From NCBI GenBank assembly GCA_965235115.1, contig OZ249436.1, forward strand, positions 57,226,001 through 57,290,000: DNA of 64,000 bases. The letters are read 5' to 3'. Below, in pieces: positions 23,621-37,400 of the stretch (position 1 is the first letter of the stretch; each line of letters opens with the position of its first letter). Source of the DNA: Laetmonice hystrix (Eukaryota). The translations under genes and the position numbers were made by a program. The notes under the pieces are model-generated. The model was not told where the DNA came from, did no database searches, and saw only the letters and a list, made by a program, of their open reading frames with translations.

Positions 23621-25429
23621 ATTTATAAGGTGGAAACATATAAAATATAGGTCTATAGTCCTGTTATATTGTGTAGCCTTCCCAAATCTCTATACGTTCT
23701 CCCCCAAAACAGCTGGTATCCTCATATATATATTAGAAAGATCCGTTACAGCATGAAAAAGAAACTGTACTAGCTGACCAAATGAGAACTGCATTGTATA
23801 GACGATATGCTCAGTTGCCGTTCAACTAAACATGAAGACATAGAGGGAGCGAGCGAACCACGCTCATTAACTGCCGTTTTTGAAACATATAATTTATCCT
23901 CCCTATCTACCCTCCCTGTCAGAATCCTGCGTGGGAACTGCTGATTCTAGGAGATGGATTGAAGGTTAGAGGGTAGCACGTGTGCTAACGGTACTTAGAC
24001 TTGGGCTTAACCCTTGTGGAAAACCATGGCTCCAAGGATCGCTCTTGTTCGAAAGAACCAAAGGCTGACGTCCTGTTCCATTCGAGACTTAAAACTACTG
24101 ACACGCAGGAGTACTTCGAACTGATACTGACCCCCTGACTCTCTGCCAACCCATAAGATGTTTGTTTTGGGTTTTTTCTTTTCATCTCATATTCCCAACA
24201 AACACAGCTTTCAAAATGTACGACTCCATCAAGCAGAAGTGTGGCTGTGTAAGTTATCGTCGGAGTCAGCATTATATTTGTTTCACAGAGGGATTCGGCC
24301 AGAATTCTCTGGGATAGCCACATTACTACAAACACTGACGGGGAGTCCTATCGTAGGGCCCTGTGAAAGGAGCTGAGGATTTGGAAGCTGATGGAAGAAT
24401 CTTGTCTCATAGTTGTCGCAGTCTCCTCTCTGAATGGGTTCAAAATATGCCTGACTACCCAAGGAGAATCATTCTCAAAGGGTGCCTAGAAGTGAAATAT
24501 CGCCAGGGAAAAAGCTGTTGGCAGTAGTAAAAGCTACCAATATGATGTCTTGTGCCTATACCGCCTGGACCTGGCTTATATCTGATCTCAGAAACAGCTT
24601 TGTTCAGTGTTTGAGGATATGATGGATCGCAAGCTCTAAAGATGCCGCCGGCTCCCCACAGTCTCCCAACGATACGCAGAAGGTCCTCATGCAGCCGCTG
24701 GTCTCGGTTGGTCGTCACCATTGTATTTTTGGTGAATATTATAAGAAGAGGTGTGGCTGAAATGCATTATGTTGGCTTGGGGCTTTATGCCCCATACGTG
24801 TAACAGACCCCATTTATAACACTTTTTTGTCTATTTTCTATATATTTTTCTAATAAAATTGACAGCGACGTGTTTTTTTTTCTGAATAGTCTAGGCTGCA
24901 ACTCCCTGTGTATAGAGAATGAAATTAGCAAAAAGTGTGTTGCCTAATGCCCCGCTTTGCCTTACTGGCTATACCGCCAGGGACCAAAGCTCTGTACAGT
25001 AGTCTCCCAAGGAACTGTCTTCTTTAAAGGCTGACGAGGCGCCACCAGGCATTACCCTATTTTGCTGTTCTAATGCATCTAAGACATGCAAAAAAGACAT
25101 ATGCCTTATAGATTTTGCAGTTGAAGAAAGTGCTGTTTCAAGAAGAACTTTTCTTGCAGATTGGTTGGCAGGTTGTGTATAAATTTACAGAGCAGAACCT
25201 TACTGAAGCAATTCGGACTGCTGAGAATTAAGGAATAAATGTATCCGAGATGGTCTGACGACCTGAGGGATGGAGCTGACCGGTCAAATCGTATCGGCGT
25301 CCTTCCCTTGTAGCGCCCCCCCCCCCCCCCCCCCAGTAGTATATAGCAGAAGCGCCCAGTCCTGATTGATGTTTCCCCTCATGGCACCATTTTAACTGCT
25401 ACCGAAACTCTTTATGGAAGGAACTGCAC

Positions 25430-25570
25430 CAAGCCGGCAGTACCAGTGAACACAGGCAGGATGGCTATTAGCAGGCGACCAAGTTGGAACAGACGGCATT
25501 TGAAGACTTTCTTTACCGATTCTATTGATTAGCTTGAGCCTTTTGGGCCAGAAATAGACCTGCTTCATGA
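25430..25570 (-). mobile_element. Gypsy integrase zinc-finger relic
   Basis: MKQVYFWPK...(frameshift)KCRLF, cf. RQxYFWPxM...CxxC. Confidence 0.45.
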
Positions 25571-26459
25571 CATGGTTTATTTTATTGGTGATCTACGTCG
25601 AACTGCCTGAGGACAAGAACTTGATTTTTCCTCTGCTTGTCATACTTAAATTTGCTTGGACTGCCTACTAATCAGTTGCTTTGGAAAACATTAGGTTACA
25701 CTTGAAAATGACTTGATTGTATGATGTTGTAATTACAACAACTTTACAGTAATTCTATCGTGACAAGCCCATTTGATACTTCTGAGATAGGGGGTGCATT
25801 TTTGAACGCGAAAGATTCTGTATTGATCGTTAGTTCTGTATTGATGACGCACTGTGCAGGATTGTTTCCAGGAACTGTACCCAAAGGGTTGCTCACAGTC
25901 TCTGATGGCCGAACCACCAGTTCCTACATTCCCTCGTACAGCATTACTGGCAATAAGGATCGCTATCTGTCGTCCTGCCACACACCGGGAAATACCATGA
26001 TGTCAATTTATCACACTCTAGTTGAGAGATCCCACTGTTCCTAGACTTCAGTTCTAGGTCACCGTGTACCGTAATCGCCAAGTAATGTATGGTGCGAGTA
26101 CATGAGTATCGTTCAGTCGGCAGTTTTTACGGTTTATGGGTGATAAATTATGGGTATTTAGTATTTATGGGTATTTAGTATTTTGTAAAGCAGGGCAATA
26201 ATGTAGTTTGCCTGATAGGTTCAGGACTGTTTTCAACTTTGCCAGTACATGTAACGGCACCATTCCCCAAGTAGAATATCTCTGTAAAAGGTGTGAAATC
26301 GAAGGCTTTAAGTACATTCAGGCCAGAGTGGCCTGTGATATTTGATATATAGTCTCATCACATTACATCCATCGCGTTTTCCTCTGTAAATAGTGGAATT
26401 GTTCTCTGTTTTTAAACTTTTTGTTAGATTACAATATTGTCTGTATTATGCGCGGTCTC

Positions 26460-26680
26460 TTAAATCGCATAAACAGATCTAGAGACACATGAGAGCTCCA
26501 CCTTGAAGTTGAAATAACACAATTTGGATGACCTCCAGGTCTGGATGGCTGGCTTCCCGGGTCCTGAAGCTTGCACTGTTTAGCGGCACAGTAGTTGTTA
26601 GCATACTTTGTGGTCTTTTGTCGTGTGCAGATGTCCATATACAAGAAATGTGTGCAGCAGTTACCAGCCAGGCATGTAAC
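26460..26680 (-). mobile_element. Gypsy RNase H relic
   Basis: TFLVYGHLHTTKDHK...RSSKLCYFNFKVE in one frame, cf. YLYGxxFxxxTDHK...RWxxKLxxFxFxVE. Confidence 0.55.
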
Positions 26681-28129
26681 TAATGGTGTGACTGAGTATA
26701 CCTGCCACTAAATCTACACATATTGAGAAAATAGTTGAATAGATGCCATGCAGTCCTATTGTATAACTTCTATAACTGATGGGAATGACTAGTCGGCCGA
26801 TCTGACAGCAGAACGACCAAAGACCGGGCGACAATTGATCAGATGGGTGGTCGGGGCGGGTTTGTGGTAAGCGCGGGGAGACGGGATGATAGAGTTCATG
26901 AGGTAACGGGGTGTTTGAATGGAGACATGTCGGCCTAGGAGTGACCCCCGCAGTCACAGTGTCACCACCGCCTGTCACAGAGCCGGAACCCGGGGCCGCA
27001 CACATCCCGACATGATCATAAAATACGCAGAGGACTTATAGTACCACAAGGACCGGGGTAAATATGTGAAGTGAAACGACGACTAATTTATGTACAGTTC
27101 CCGCACCCGCCATCCCAACCACACACACTTCACGTTTCTTTCAACATCAAACGTCTGCCTTTGGATGGAAACATATTATACTTTGAAAGAAACACATAAA
27201 TGTCGAAGAAAAATACGTCTTTATCCTTCACTATAGTAACATGGACTTGAATTTTTGGTAAATGGCATAGTTTTACCTGCCAACTGCTGAATTTATGGCC
27301 GATAGTATCACGGGATCGTTGGTAGCCTTCTTAGTTCTCAAAACCTGTGGTTATGTTGAACTCTCAACGTGGTAGTTATATCTGTGACAGTTATGTTACT
27401 CCTATATATTGTATGCGGTCTTGTACCAGGGTTGTTATTTTATGATTACAAAATGGCATCGTTACAAATTAAGGTAATGAGAAGCAGTAAAAGGTGTTGC
27501 CCATGACTTGTCGTTTTAGCGCCATCTTGAACTTGGTATCAAGAAGCCTAACATTGACAACAACTCGTTACAAATCAGTGCAAATTGACGCAAATTAATA
27601 AATTAATTTTTCCACGACAATTTGGATACTTTTTTCTTTTTTTCTTTTTAGGCCTACTTTTTGTCCAACCATAGAACTGTACTGAGACTATGCTTACATA
27701 CATATGTCCCTATTATTTGGAATGGCTTGGTCCAGCATATAATATAGACCATTACTTAATTGTAATGAGTGCCCAGATGGGTTGATAAAAAGTGACTCTT
27801 TTGCTAGTTTTGAAATGATACATCAAAGATATAAATCATTGAGACATCAAATTGCCTGTGTCAGCAAACACAGGTACTTTACACTGTCAAAAATGAACAG
27901 TTCTCCGATATTAATGTTGCTGGCTGCCAATCGAAAAATCTCAAATACATGTACGTGCATGCAATCAGGCACGATACGTCACCACATGTATTTATTTGGT
28001 GAAAAGTGTCGATTGTTGCTTCATAACACTACATCTGTTCTCAGAGTGGAGAGTGATATAAAAAAGAAACCTGCATCCTAGCATATTTTAAATATTAATT
28101 CAATTGATAAGAATAATCCGTATCAGGGA

Positions 28130-28840
28130 TGCCGAATTGGGACAGGGATTCTGCAGAAACCCTCAGCCACCTGGTCCTGGTAACTGGGTCATGTTCAGCA
28201 GGACTTTCCCCATTTATAATTTACACAGCACTGTCTTATCGTGATTTATAGGGGATTTAAATCTATTTACAGTCAGTATGAGGTCAGGGTACAAGGAGGT
28301 TACCGGTAATTCCGCTTTCAATGATGTCTTCAGAGTACTTTCTCGGGCAGGTTGCTTTATTTCCCAGATACAATAATTTGGTTAAGAATTCGATCTGAAG
28401 GGCAGCATTTCTGTATCTGAATGCTGAATGTTTTTTTTACTGCCCGAGCTAGTATCTTTGATTTTCGTAATCAGCTTATTCAGGTACCCGATACACATCC
28501 TTGCCAAGGCACTGACTTCGAAATTTCTCCCCAGGTCTTTTTTATTCAGAGTGACCCAGAGGACAAACGAATCGTCAGCTGGCATATCGACTTGGTGGTC
28601 TGGTGCCTAGTAGGTATCATCGGAGGAGAGGGGTTAATATCCATTGTACTGCTTGTTTGGTAGAACTTGTAGGGAAGACCCGTCTGGAATATTTCACGAG
28701 TGTCTACAAACTCGGAGAAACATCCAGCAGTGAGACTATCGATTCTGGTGCTCGATTTGTCGACCATCCGAGCCGTTTGTATTACCACCGCCTCCTGCAC
28801 GAGTCTATGCACCAGTGGTCCATCAGTTAGACAAACCATA
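28130..28840 (-). mobile_element. Gypsy integrase relic (~700 bp, multi-frameshifted)
   Basis: PMIPTRHQ (cf. PHEIPxRPWQ), IQHSDTEMLPFRSNS (cf. HxTSSPxYPQSNG), GKSPAE (cf. SPAELL). Confidence 0.45.
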
Positions 28841-30559
28841 ACAAATGTATGATGTCTGCGTCTGATCAGATAGCTGCCGGGACAACACTTTGCCTGGGGA
28901 TTCCGTCCTCATCTGCTACCCAGCACTCAGTTATAATATTTTGCAGTAACCAAAGCTACGAAGTGCCCATTTACCAGGGTGACCAGTTAGTCTGGATTTC
29001 CGAAATATCTAACATAATCAGGTATGACCTGCAGCATGAAGTCAAATTACCAAACCTCCTTGTTCTGTACACACTTTAATCCTTTATGATCGGTGTGAAA
29101 TTGAAGGTCCCGGTCCACTTGCCCAAATGTCTGCGCGAATTAGATGTTGTTTGTAAAAATGCTAAGATGATGTTCCAGTTTTCTAGTCATTCAATCATGT
29201 ACACACTTTGCACACGTATCGCGTTGCTGTCTTCATTCAGTCATAAGAAGCTCAAGTTTGTCAAGTTGGTATGATATAGATGAGTCGATCAAATGTTTTG
29301 GTATTTTGCAGGTTTCGGTATTCGTATTTGTAGACCAAATTCCCTCACTTGGAGGAATGCTTGAATATGCTAGTGGAATAACCATGACTGAACATTATTT
29401 TACTTGAGTAAGCAACCCAAAGGGAAAGTGGCAAATAAGAAGAAAGGTAGGATTTCTGTTCACCGATTATTTGGCTTAGCGGTACTGAGGTGCTTATGTG
29501 ACCTTGAAGGATGTGACGGGAATGTAAGTGCTATGTAAACAACACGTACACAGGTCTAGCCAAAGTCCGAATGGCCTGAAAACTCGTGTGTATTCTGCGG
29601 AACTAGACCATAGCGAGTGACATACATGCACATATCTGTCGGTTTGCCCCATCTAGCTTTGAACGGCAGGAAACGGGGTCATGCTCCATATCTCATTGAT
29701 ATAGGCAGCTCTAACACAGAATACCTCAAACGTCTTTCGTTTGAAATTTTAGACAGTTTGAAATATGATTCTGGCATATTGACGGGGCTTGATTACTAAT
29801 GAGTTTGCCATAGATTAGTGCAATGATCGACAGCTGAATTTCTGTCTTGAAATTCGGTACTGATTCTTATGGCAAGGAAATTCTTCTTAGCCAACACGCT
29901 GACAGACATGAACCACACTTTTGCGGCAACGTTTCATTTGTTTTATGTTAAAATGACGGGAAGGCAACATATATTACAAACGTATTTACAAGAGCTGACA
30001 AATCTGATTGAATATTATAATTATTTGATCCTAAGATGTGGATTGAACGTTCGAGCCTACCAACTTTAAACGTACATCACAGTATTTATAATGTGGCTCA
30101 CGTAGTGACCGGAGAAACTACGGGCAAATCTGAATTTATTCCAATGAAGGAAGTACTGTTTAGTGTTATTGATAAGATAAAACGTGTTCATGCCATGCCG
30201 AGGTGTAAAGAAGAGCGTGGTTAAAGATGAGCTGATCCAAAAAATGAATGGATTAGAATAATGTGTGGTCCCCGAGAATCAAAACACTAGGAAGGATTAC
30301 GGCCTGAAGGTGTTTGTCTCATCAAACACAACAAGAAGACAGAACAGAAGTAGCCTTGCATCCTTTTAGTCTCCCTTGGAAGTTTACACCAGGTAGCATC
30401 TTTGGGGACGGGCCAGCAGGTTGCTTTGATCTTGTGTTGTGTGATACGTCACCTGTGTGTTAACCAACAGCCAATCAAGTGAGGATCGGAATCTACACTG
30501 ATCCTACAGGCCATGAAGGGAGCTGGTGGGTTGGCTGATGTGATTAATGAAGTCAGTAG

Positions 30560-30710
30560 GGGCACGTGTATGAAGACATACATGATGTTGCCCCGGGCAC
30601 ATGCTGCCTACATAGTTGATTTCTCAGGAGGTCCAACCACCTTCCTAGCTACCTGTTGACGAGACAGATCTTTGACATATTGGCCGACACCGACTGACAA
30701 GGCATCCATA
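30560..30710 (-). mobile_element. Gypsy RNase H N-terminal relic
   Basis: DALSVGVGQ...PEKST, cf. DASxxGVGAVL...AEKNY. Confidence 0.4.
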
Positions 30711-32179
30711 AATCATGCTTCTCTTATGTAACTTGCACAAAAGCAAATTCTTCTACTTTGTAACCTTTGTAATTTAGTTCCTCGTCAGTGTATTTGGTAT
30801 TTCAGGTTGGTTTCTATACTTCTGACATGATCAGAATTTCCACAGATCTGTCCTTATTGGATAATTTTAATTTTAAATTAATTTTCAGGCGCACAATAGA
30901 CACACTCTCTAAATTTAATTTTTTTAACAATCAGGTTGCTTATATGAAAGAGGAGATAGCCAGCAACGAATTAAGATCGGTCAACTAGTCATCGTACCAT
31001 TTCTCTTATTTTAATGTTGTATGTAGCATGTGTAAGGCAATATTTTAAAACGGATCCACTTCGGTTTTAAATGTAATGTTTATTTTCGATGGATTTCGCG
31101 GGAATCTTTCGAAGGTACTGCTGTTTGAGATGTAAGACTTTCCATTTGTTTCAGCTGGTATCAGATGAACATTGCTAACAATGTTAAAGATTCTCTCAAA
31201 CCGACTTGTCATAAATATGTTGGAGTTTAGGATTCTTCTTGGATATTTAACTAAATTATTTCCCCCACTATTCACGGCCTGAGATTTGAAGCATCGAGGT
31301 AAGAAAATGTGGAAATTTTGGCCATCTCTGGTTGATCTTTGAAGCTCCAATTTATGGCGGGCAGACCTTGCCCTTTCCAATGAGGACTGAGGTGTGCGAA
31401 ACCACCAAGTTCGATAGAATGGCCACAAGCTATTACCCAGTGCTGATAACCCAACAGCTGCCTTTACCAGCGCCGCATTGCAGGGCATTACTTAACCCGT
31501 AGAACGTGCCATGGGACCAAGAGAAATGTTTCCAATTCCTGGCGCTAGGGCATTTTCTAGTGCCAATCTTCTAGGGATGTCGTCATGAGAGCAACCGAGA
31601 CAGTTATTCCATTGGTTGGTGGACAACAGTTTAGTGTTTACTGTAGAAATCGTTGGGTTGATTTGTATGTTTGTCAATGCGTGTTCATATAGAGATAGTA
31701 AAAAATACAATAGTAATATTTGTTATGGGATGCGAATGACGGGCTCTCAAAGGTGGATTACTGAAGAAAATAGCAAATTAAATGATTGAGAAAATATTCA
31801 TTTTAGGCCTATGGACGGTTTCATAAAAGTAGAGTCGTTATTGGGTGCTAGCGATTTCACTATTGGCTATTACAGGAAGTCAGAGGTGGTAATCGGCAAA
31901 TTGTTGATGTAAAAAATCAGTATGACTGTGCCCTTACTCTTCTGTAATAAATAGATACAAAATAAGATGCGTCGTGATAATACAGTGTTGTACTGCTGAG
32001 CCAGTGTATTGGTGATACTGTGTTATCGCGCTCTAAGATGCACGTCCAACAGTGGCACCCTCTGTCAGCTGATTTCAATGGTGAGCTGCAGCTGAAGCGG
32101 CATGAGGAGGTTCCTGAGATTCAGCGCAGTGTTGGAGTGGATGCTTGGATGCTGCGGCGGGATCTCAAACAGTAGGGAG

Positions 32180-32181
<2 letters not shown>

Positions 32182-32229
<48 letters not shown>
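32182..32229 (+). repeat. (CAG)16 microsatellite
   Basis: 16 uninterrupted CAG units. Confidence 0.95.
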
Positions 32230-32232
<3 letters not shown>

Positions 32233-33079
32233 ACCTGACATATCTGCCGCTCCCCCAGCAGTTGGAAGGTGAAGAAGGGAGAGACAGTCAGTCAGTGGTC
32301 GAGGGTGGGTGGGATTTCATCTGTATAAGATGAGTCAGTGCGATGAGCGATTCTGAAATGTAGCAGGGTAGACCCGATTCCACATTGAAGTACCCTAGTC
32401 AAACAAGGGAGGCTGGGGAACCGTTCAGGACACCGCAAGACACCAACAGCCACACTGCCGCCACCGGCGTCACCACCACCGCCCCAGCAGGAGGCCCGGC
32501 CTCCTGCTACCATGGAGGGCAAACGCAAGAAAAAGGTAATTTCAGATTTCTTTGCCGAACGTGACAAGCCGTATCAAGAACAGTACTGCCTTCCTTTAAG
32601 TGGATTTGGCTTCTGTGTATATACTTGGCTTGTTTTACGGACCTGACATCTCATGTACTATTATCTGTTGGAACCAATACATGAAATCCTTTTGTACCCC
32701 AATGTGTGTGCTTGAAGCTGAACTCTTTCTATCCTGATCTACAATTGTCTTCTTATTCAATAAATTCTTTAGAGATATTGTTGAAATTTTATTTCGCGGA
32801 GAGATGGTTACCAAATCTAAATCCGTCTATTTGATGTTCTGTCCTGGCAGTCTCCTATAAATTATAACAAGGACTATCGGAAAGACTGCTGGACAGAACA
32901 GGGACCACTTCAAAACGTAAAGCCAGTATTGACCGTCATTTCAGTTGAAAACTAAGAAGTTTTCAGGGGGTGTTCAATTTTGAGAACGTATATTTAATTA
33001 TGGTGAAATCGTCTACTTATTTGTCAGGATCTGAAGGAAAGATGAAGGCTTGAGAAAGACATTGTAAAAGGTCATATGC

Positions 33080-33740
33080 TACAGCGTTATAATGCAAAGG
33101 CGTCTTTGATGCCAATGGTGCATGTCAATGAGACCGTCTGCCGTGTTGGTAAATGTAAGGGCTTCGGAGATGATGCACGAAGAGTTCCAGGCCTGCCATC
33201 TTCTAATCAGACCCTGGTAAGGATGGCTTGGGCCTGATCCCTGTACAGATGATGGTGATAAGAGCGGTGAATCCCTTCGCCCCTGAGCGGCATGATGGGC
33301 CAGGAGGCTGAGCGAGAACTCTGATAGCAGCAAACCCTCGAGATGACCGAAACCTCTATAAATCACTGACGCCTTCTGAAGGAGACACACACATTTTCCT
33401 GAAGTTTGGAAATGTGCCAGTATCCTGTCCGAAAAATCCACAGTATGAAGATGGTTAAGAGTAAGGTCAAGACCTCTCCGTTAAGCTTCTGCTCTTTGAC
33501 GTATCGTACGTAGAGATTCCCTGTTGTGATCAAGAGTAAGTCCCAGAGTGATAGAATCTGCCTGTACAAGCCGTCCCAGAGTGTACCAAAAGTCGGTTCG
33601 GTGAGGAAGGGCCTTCTAACCGTACACCGACATCGATCCTCCCGTGATGGCGGACCGGTCGGACTGGCAAGGTACTGGTTACCCCAATCAGGGTCAGTGC
33701 CCAGTAGTCGGGAGGTACCTAGTGGTATAATCTCCAATAC
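33080..33740 (-). mobile_element. Gypsy RT relic
   Basis: VDF(+1 frameshift)RTGYWHI, cf. LDLxSGYWQI; flanked by REDRCRCTVRR (cf. KKDGxxRFCVDYR) and GHLEGL (cf. GxFEF). Confidence 0.6.
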
Positions 33741-34299
33741 CTTCTGTCCAACACCTGTCCATCTTTTTAAGTTATCGTTTCTGTGCGTTGACAGCTCGTG
33801 ACATGCAAGAACACGTTAAAGATAGGCGGTGATGGCGAGGAGCTAGTGGCAGTGTGATTGCGGATTTTGTCGTGGTTATCATGCAGGTAATAGTGGTACA
33901 TGTGGTTTACGACAATAAGCATAAAATATTCAACAGCTATGTGATGTGCCAGTACTGTGGTACTGTCAATATGTACCCTAGTGCATCCACAAGCACAGTA
34001 TTGTATTATACTTACTATAGGACGAAGAAATAGGACGAAGAAACAGCACTGACCTTTTATGAATCTTGAAACAATGTAAATGACAGAAAAATCATGTTTA
34101 TGAATCTGTTAAACAAGGTCCAGCCCAGAGAGTCTATTAAAGAGTTTATTCTAATTATTAGCCGACGGGAGCCTTAAAGATCTTTGTATCATTCCGTTTG
34201 AATGTTCATGAATAGCGACAGACTGAGATAAAATAACAAGTGTACGTTTTTGTATGCTCCCAACACGTGACGTCGGGTAGAGTTCTGTATACGAAAAAC

Positions 34300-34510
34300 G
34301 AAAGCTCGAGAGGCACGGAGGACGAATACGCAATGCATGGAAGAGGATACATGTGATACATGCAGAAATAAAGGGTTAAAACACAATAACGTATGATGCT
34401 GTGTATAGTTAATTCCTTTTGGTGCTGTTACCTGATGTATGTTTCTGTGGGGGCGCCAGCCTGACTGTGACAAGAGACAAGAAGCCCAATGGTTGCATGC
34501 AACACTCTCT
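34300..34510 (-). mobile_element. Gypsy RNase H relic
   Basis: QPLGFLS...RLAPPQKH, cf. QPLAFFSRxLxPxExKY. Confidence 0.45.
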
Positions 34511-34979
34511 AACTGACATTTGCAACTAATGCGGTCTTTATATGATACTCTATGTTCCAAAAGACGCTAAATACAATATTGCCTGACAGCAATTCCTGGT
34601 TTATTTTGCTTGTCCATGGTTGATTCAAACAGCCACAAACTGACAGGCAGACCTATGTGAGTAGTATGGACAAGGATATTTGCAGCAGGCAGTTTGACGC
34701 TTGAACGTGCTAGCCCGGCTTACCGATAAGTGTGTGCATGCGAAGCCCTCGGAATGAAGAGGCTGTCGTTAGCTAATAGGGTGAATTACTTCACATTCAT
34801 CAAGCACATAGAGGAGTTTCGTTTTCGTTCTGTCCTCCCTGATGGCGCGTTCTCAATATATGACAGTAGTAAATGGCTAACTTGGACAGCAGTACTGTAC
34901 ATACATGCCTGCATTGGTGCTCTCCTATTACGTTTCCCGTATAGGACACTCTCACTTAGATACTGTGGAGAAAGTCCAC

Positions 34980-35350
34980 CCTTTCCATCGAAGTGTTGCG
35001 CTGATGTCTTCCAGTGCGAGTAGTGTTGGCGAATATGAAGGATCCCATCTATTACATGCAGCGGATTTGTTGTCGCCAAAGATAGAGATCCAGGGGCGTG
35101 ATGGCTCACACAGTACAGTGGTATGCGGCCATGGTTAGGGCAGGCGAATGGTAGGGCTCTGGGGGTTAAAGGGCAGGGGAGGGCGCGCGATCCTGATCTA
35201 TGTCAGATAGGTTGGGTGACATTGCTCGTCCTGGCCTCGACATCCAGTGGGCTGGCAGTATTGATTGTCGTATATCATCCGAACACGTACCCCCGGCCCA
35301 CTGCCGCAGGGGCTGTGAATGGCAGGAGAACATGGCCACCCTCTCCACTA
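34980..35350 (-). mobile_element. Gypsy RT C-terminal relic
   Basis: CSDDI (cf. YxDDI), then DGILHIRQHYS (cf. LGxxxYYRRFI). Confidence 0.35.
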
Positions 35351-35789
35351 CCTCCGGTCATTTAGTCGACCAAGAAGCAAATAGTTTGAATTGGTGATAA
35401 GGTATGGGGGTCAACAGGTCTCTGGGAAAGCCTTTTCCTGTTTTTTTTTACAAAGTCTTTAAGCAATAAACAAATTTAACATATTAATTTAAGGTGAGCG
35501 AGTACTTTTATGCAGTATCTCATCTTTATATAGAAAGTTATAAGGTAATCATTGTACGTTAGTAGTTCCAGGATTTTATCCTATCACAGACTGCCTGAAC
35601 ATGACCTGTCTGAGAGGGTAGAGGAACGTAACGGGAGCCTATCCCTGGGGTACTCAGTCGGCCCCAATGGCTGAATTCATTACATGGACAGGTGATTATG
35701 GTTTGCACGGTAATGCCCGGTCGTCGTTATGAGATAGAGCAGATATACCGACGCCAAGGTCTAATGCCTCGTGGGCTTTGAGCATGGCC

Positions 35790-35990
35790 GAAATGTATGG
35801 TAATCATCTGAACTGTATCCTTTTTTGGAGTCCGACTGCAATGCATTATCCTTTGCTGGCACCTTGCGTGAATTGAATTTGAAGCTTGGAGGCAGTTAGA
35901 CATGCTGCAGGTTCCGTCATTAATGGGACTCACAGCCAGAGGCAAGGATTTGTACATCTCTGAAGTGTGTGGTGCAGAATGGCCTAACAT
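35790..35990 (-). mobile_element. Gypsy RNase H C-terminal relic
   Basis: CLQASN..(frameshift)PAKDNA, cf. RLQxFxFxIxYxPGKxN. Confidence 0.35.
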
Positions 35991-37129
35991 TCACCTGTCA
36001 GAGAAGGTTTTATAGGAATGCAGTACCACAAATAAAGAATTTGTGATTTTAACCGTCCCTTGTAGCTTAACACTATAATATATTATCATAGTATTTCTCT
36101 GCTTTTGCTGCCAGTAAATATCAACATAAACGTACGGTAGGCCACGGCCGAAATTCACGTTCGCCTAAAAACTGAATAAAGTGAGGTGAAAGATGTAACT
36201 CGCCCAGTCAGGTTGATCGGTCCATAGAGATGTGGTGGGAGCAGCAGCTGTCAAAAGAAGTGTTGTTGTGAGCGGTTTTTCCCAATCCCCGGGTCTACAA
36301 GGTTTTCAATGGCTGAGGCCGTGATGGCAGCTAGTCGTGCCTATGACACTGGAACTGTTCCGTGATGAACCAGAAGCTGCCCAGTGACCCACAGGCACGT
36401 GACTGGCGGAAGACCAGTCCCAGGACAGATCAAGGAGGTTAACAGTTTACTCTCTGCACACATACGGAGTTCTATAGATGGGCCAGATGTATTATTGGAA
36501 TGGTAGATTTATGAAAGGGTGCTTAACGACAGTGGGAATTGCTATAGCACGGCAATAGATAGCAATTTATATCAATATCACATTAAGCCACATAAACAGA
36601 TTATAAAATTTTGTTCGTCAAAAGTGAGTTCATATACCGGTAATTGTTGCTCCAAGCAATTCAGTTATTTATCTCTATAGGTGAGCAAATTTCACGGAAA
36701 ATGCAATAAAGCTACGATAAAGCTACGATGAATGTCGTTACGTTACATATAAATATGATGTTGTAAAAAGCTTGTAAAAAAGCTAAAAGAATGACTATAG
36801 AATGAAAAATTTCATCAGGCATTTAGGAATTTAATACAATTACGTTTATCAGAATACAATATGAAAGTTGAGTCCCAATGTCCTCTGCATCAAAAGTATC
36901 TCCTATATGAATATAATACCATTATTATTAACAAGGATATGCTCAAATATTTCCTTGTGTATCTTCTGCAAAAGTTGATGTAAAATAAGTCTAACGTCTA
37001 AGAAAATTAAATTCAGTGAGAAGCTTAAGTCATGCAGCAGAGGCAGAAATCTATGTAAATCGGCTTCAGGATTTTCCCAAGCCGTGTTGAGGAGAAGCGA
37101 GCCGGTTTAAATTTGCTTGAGACCAACTC

Positions 37130-37400
37130 TACTTGAAACGGATTGATCGTGAACCAGGCCCGACTCTCTTGTATCCGTTTTTGGAAGCATGCAGATAATG
37201 CCTCTTTCTTACGGAAATAGTATTTGTCAAGTCCTTGGGGCGTAGTATTTGTGCTGCGTCGTTACCATGGCGATGATCCTTCTCACCCCTCGGCGTCTGG
37301 ATCATGAAAAGGCATATTCCCTGGAAGCCGTTCAGTGTCACCTGGATGATTGCACCCCAAAGGGCACTGTCACTGTTGACACCCGTTCTTTGATGTCATA
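37130..37400 (-). mobile_element. Gypsy RNase H relic
   Basis: DSALWGAIIQ...EKDHRHG, cf. DASxxAxGAILSQ...AExNY. Confidence 0.45.

Noticed and set aside
31045-31488. Longest ORF in the field (147 aa, -)
   Set aside because: No recognisable motif, no splice context; length is compatible with chance in 55 kb x 6 frames
32145-32333. Poly-Ala ORF
   Set aside because: Simply one reading of the CAG microsatellite
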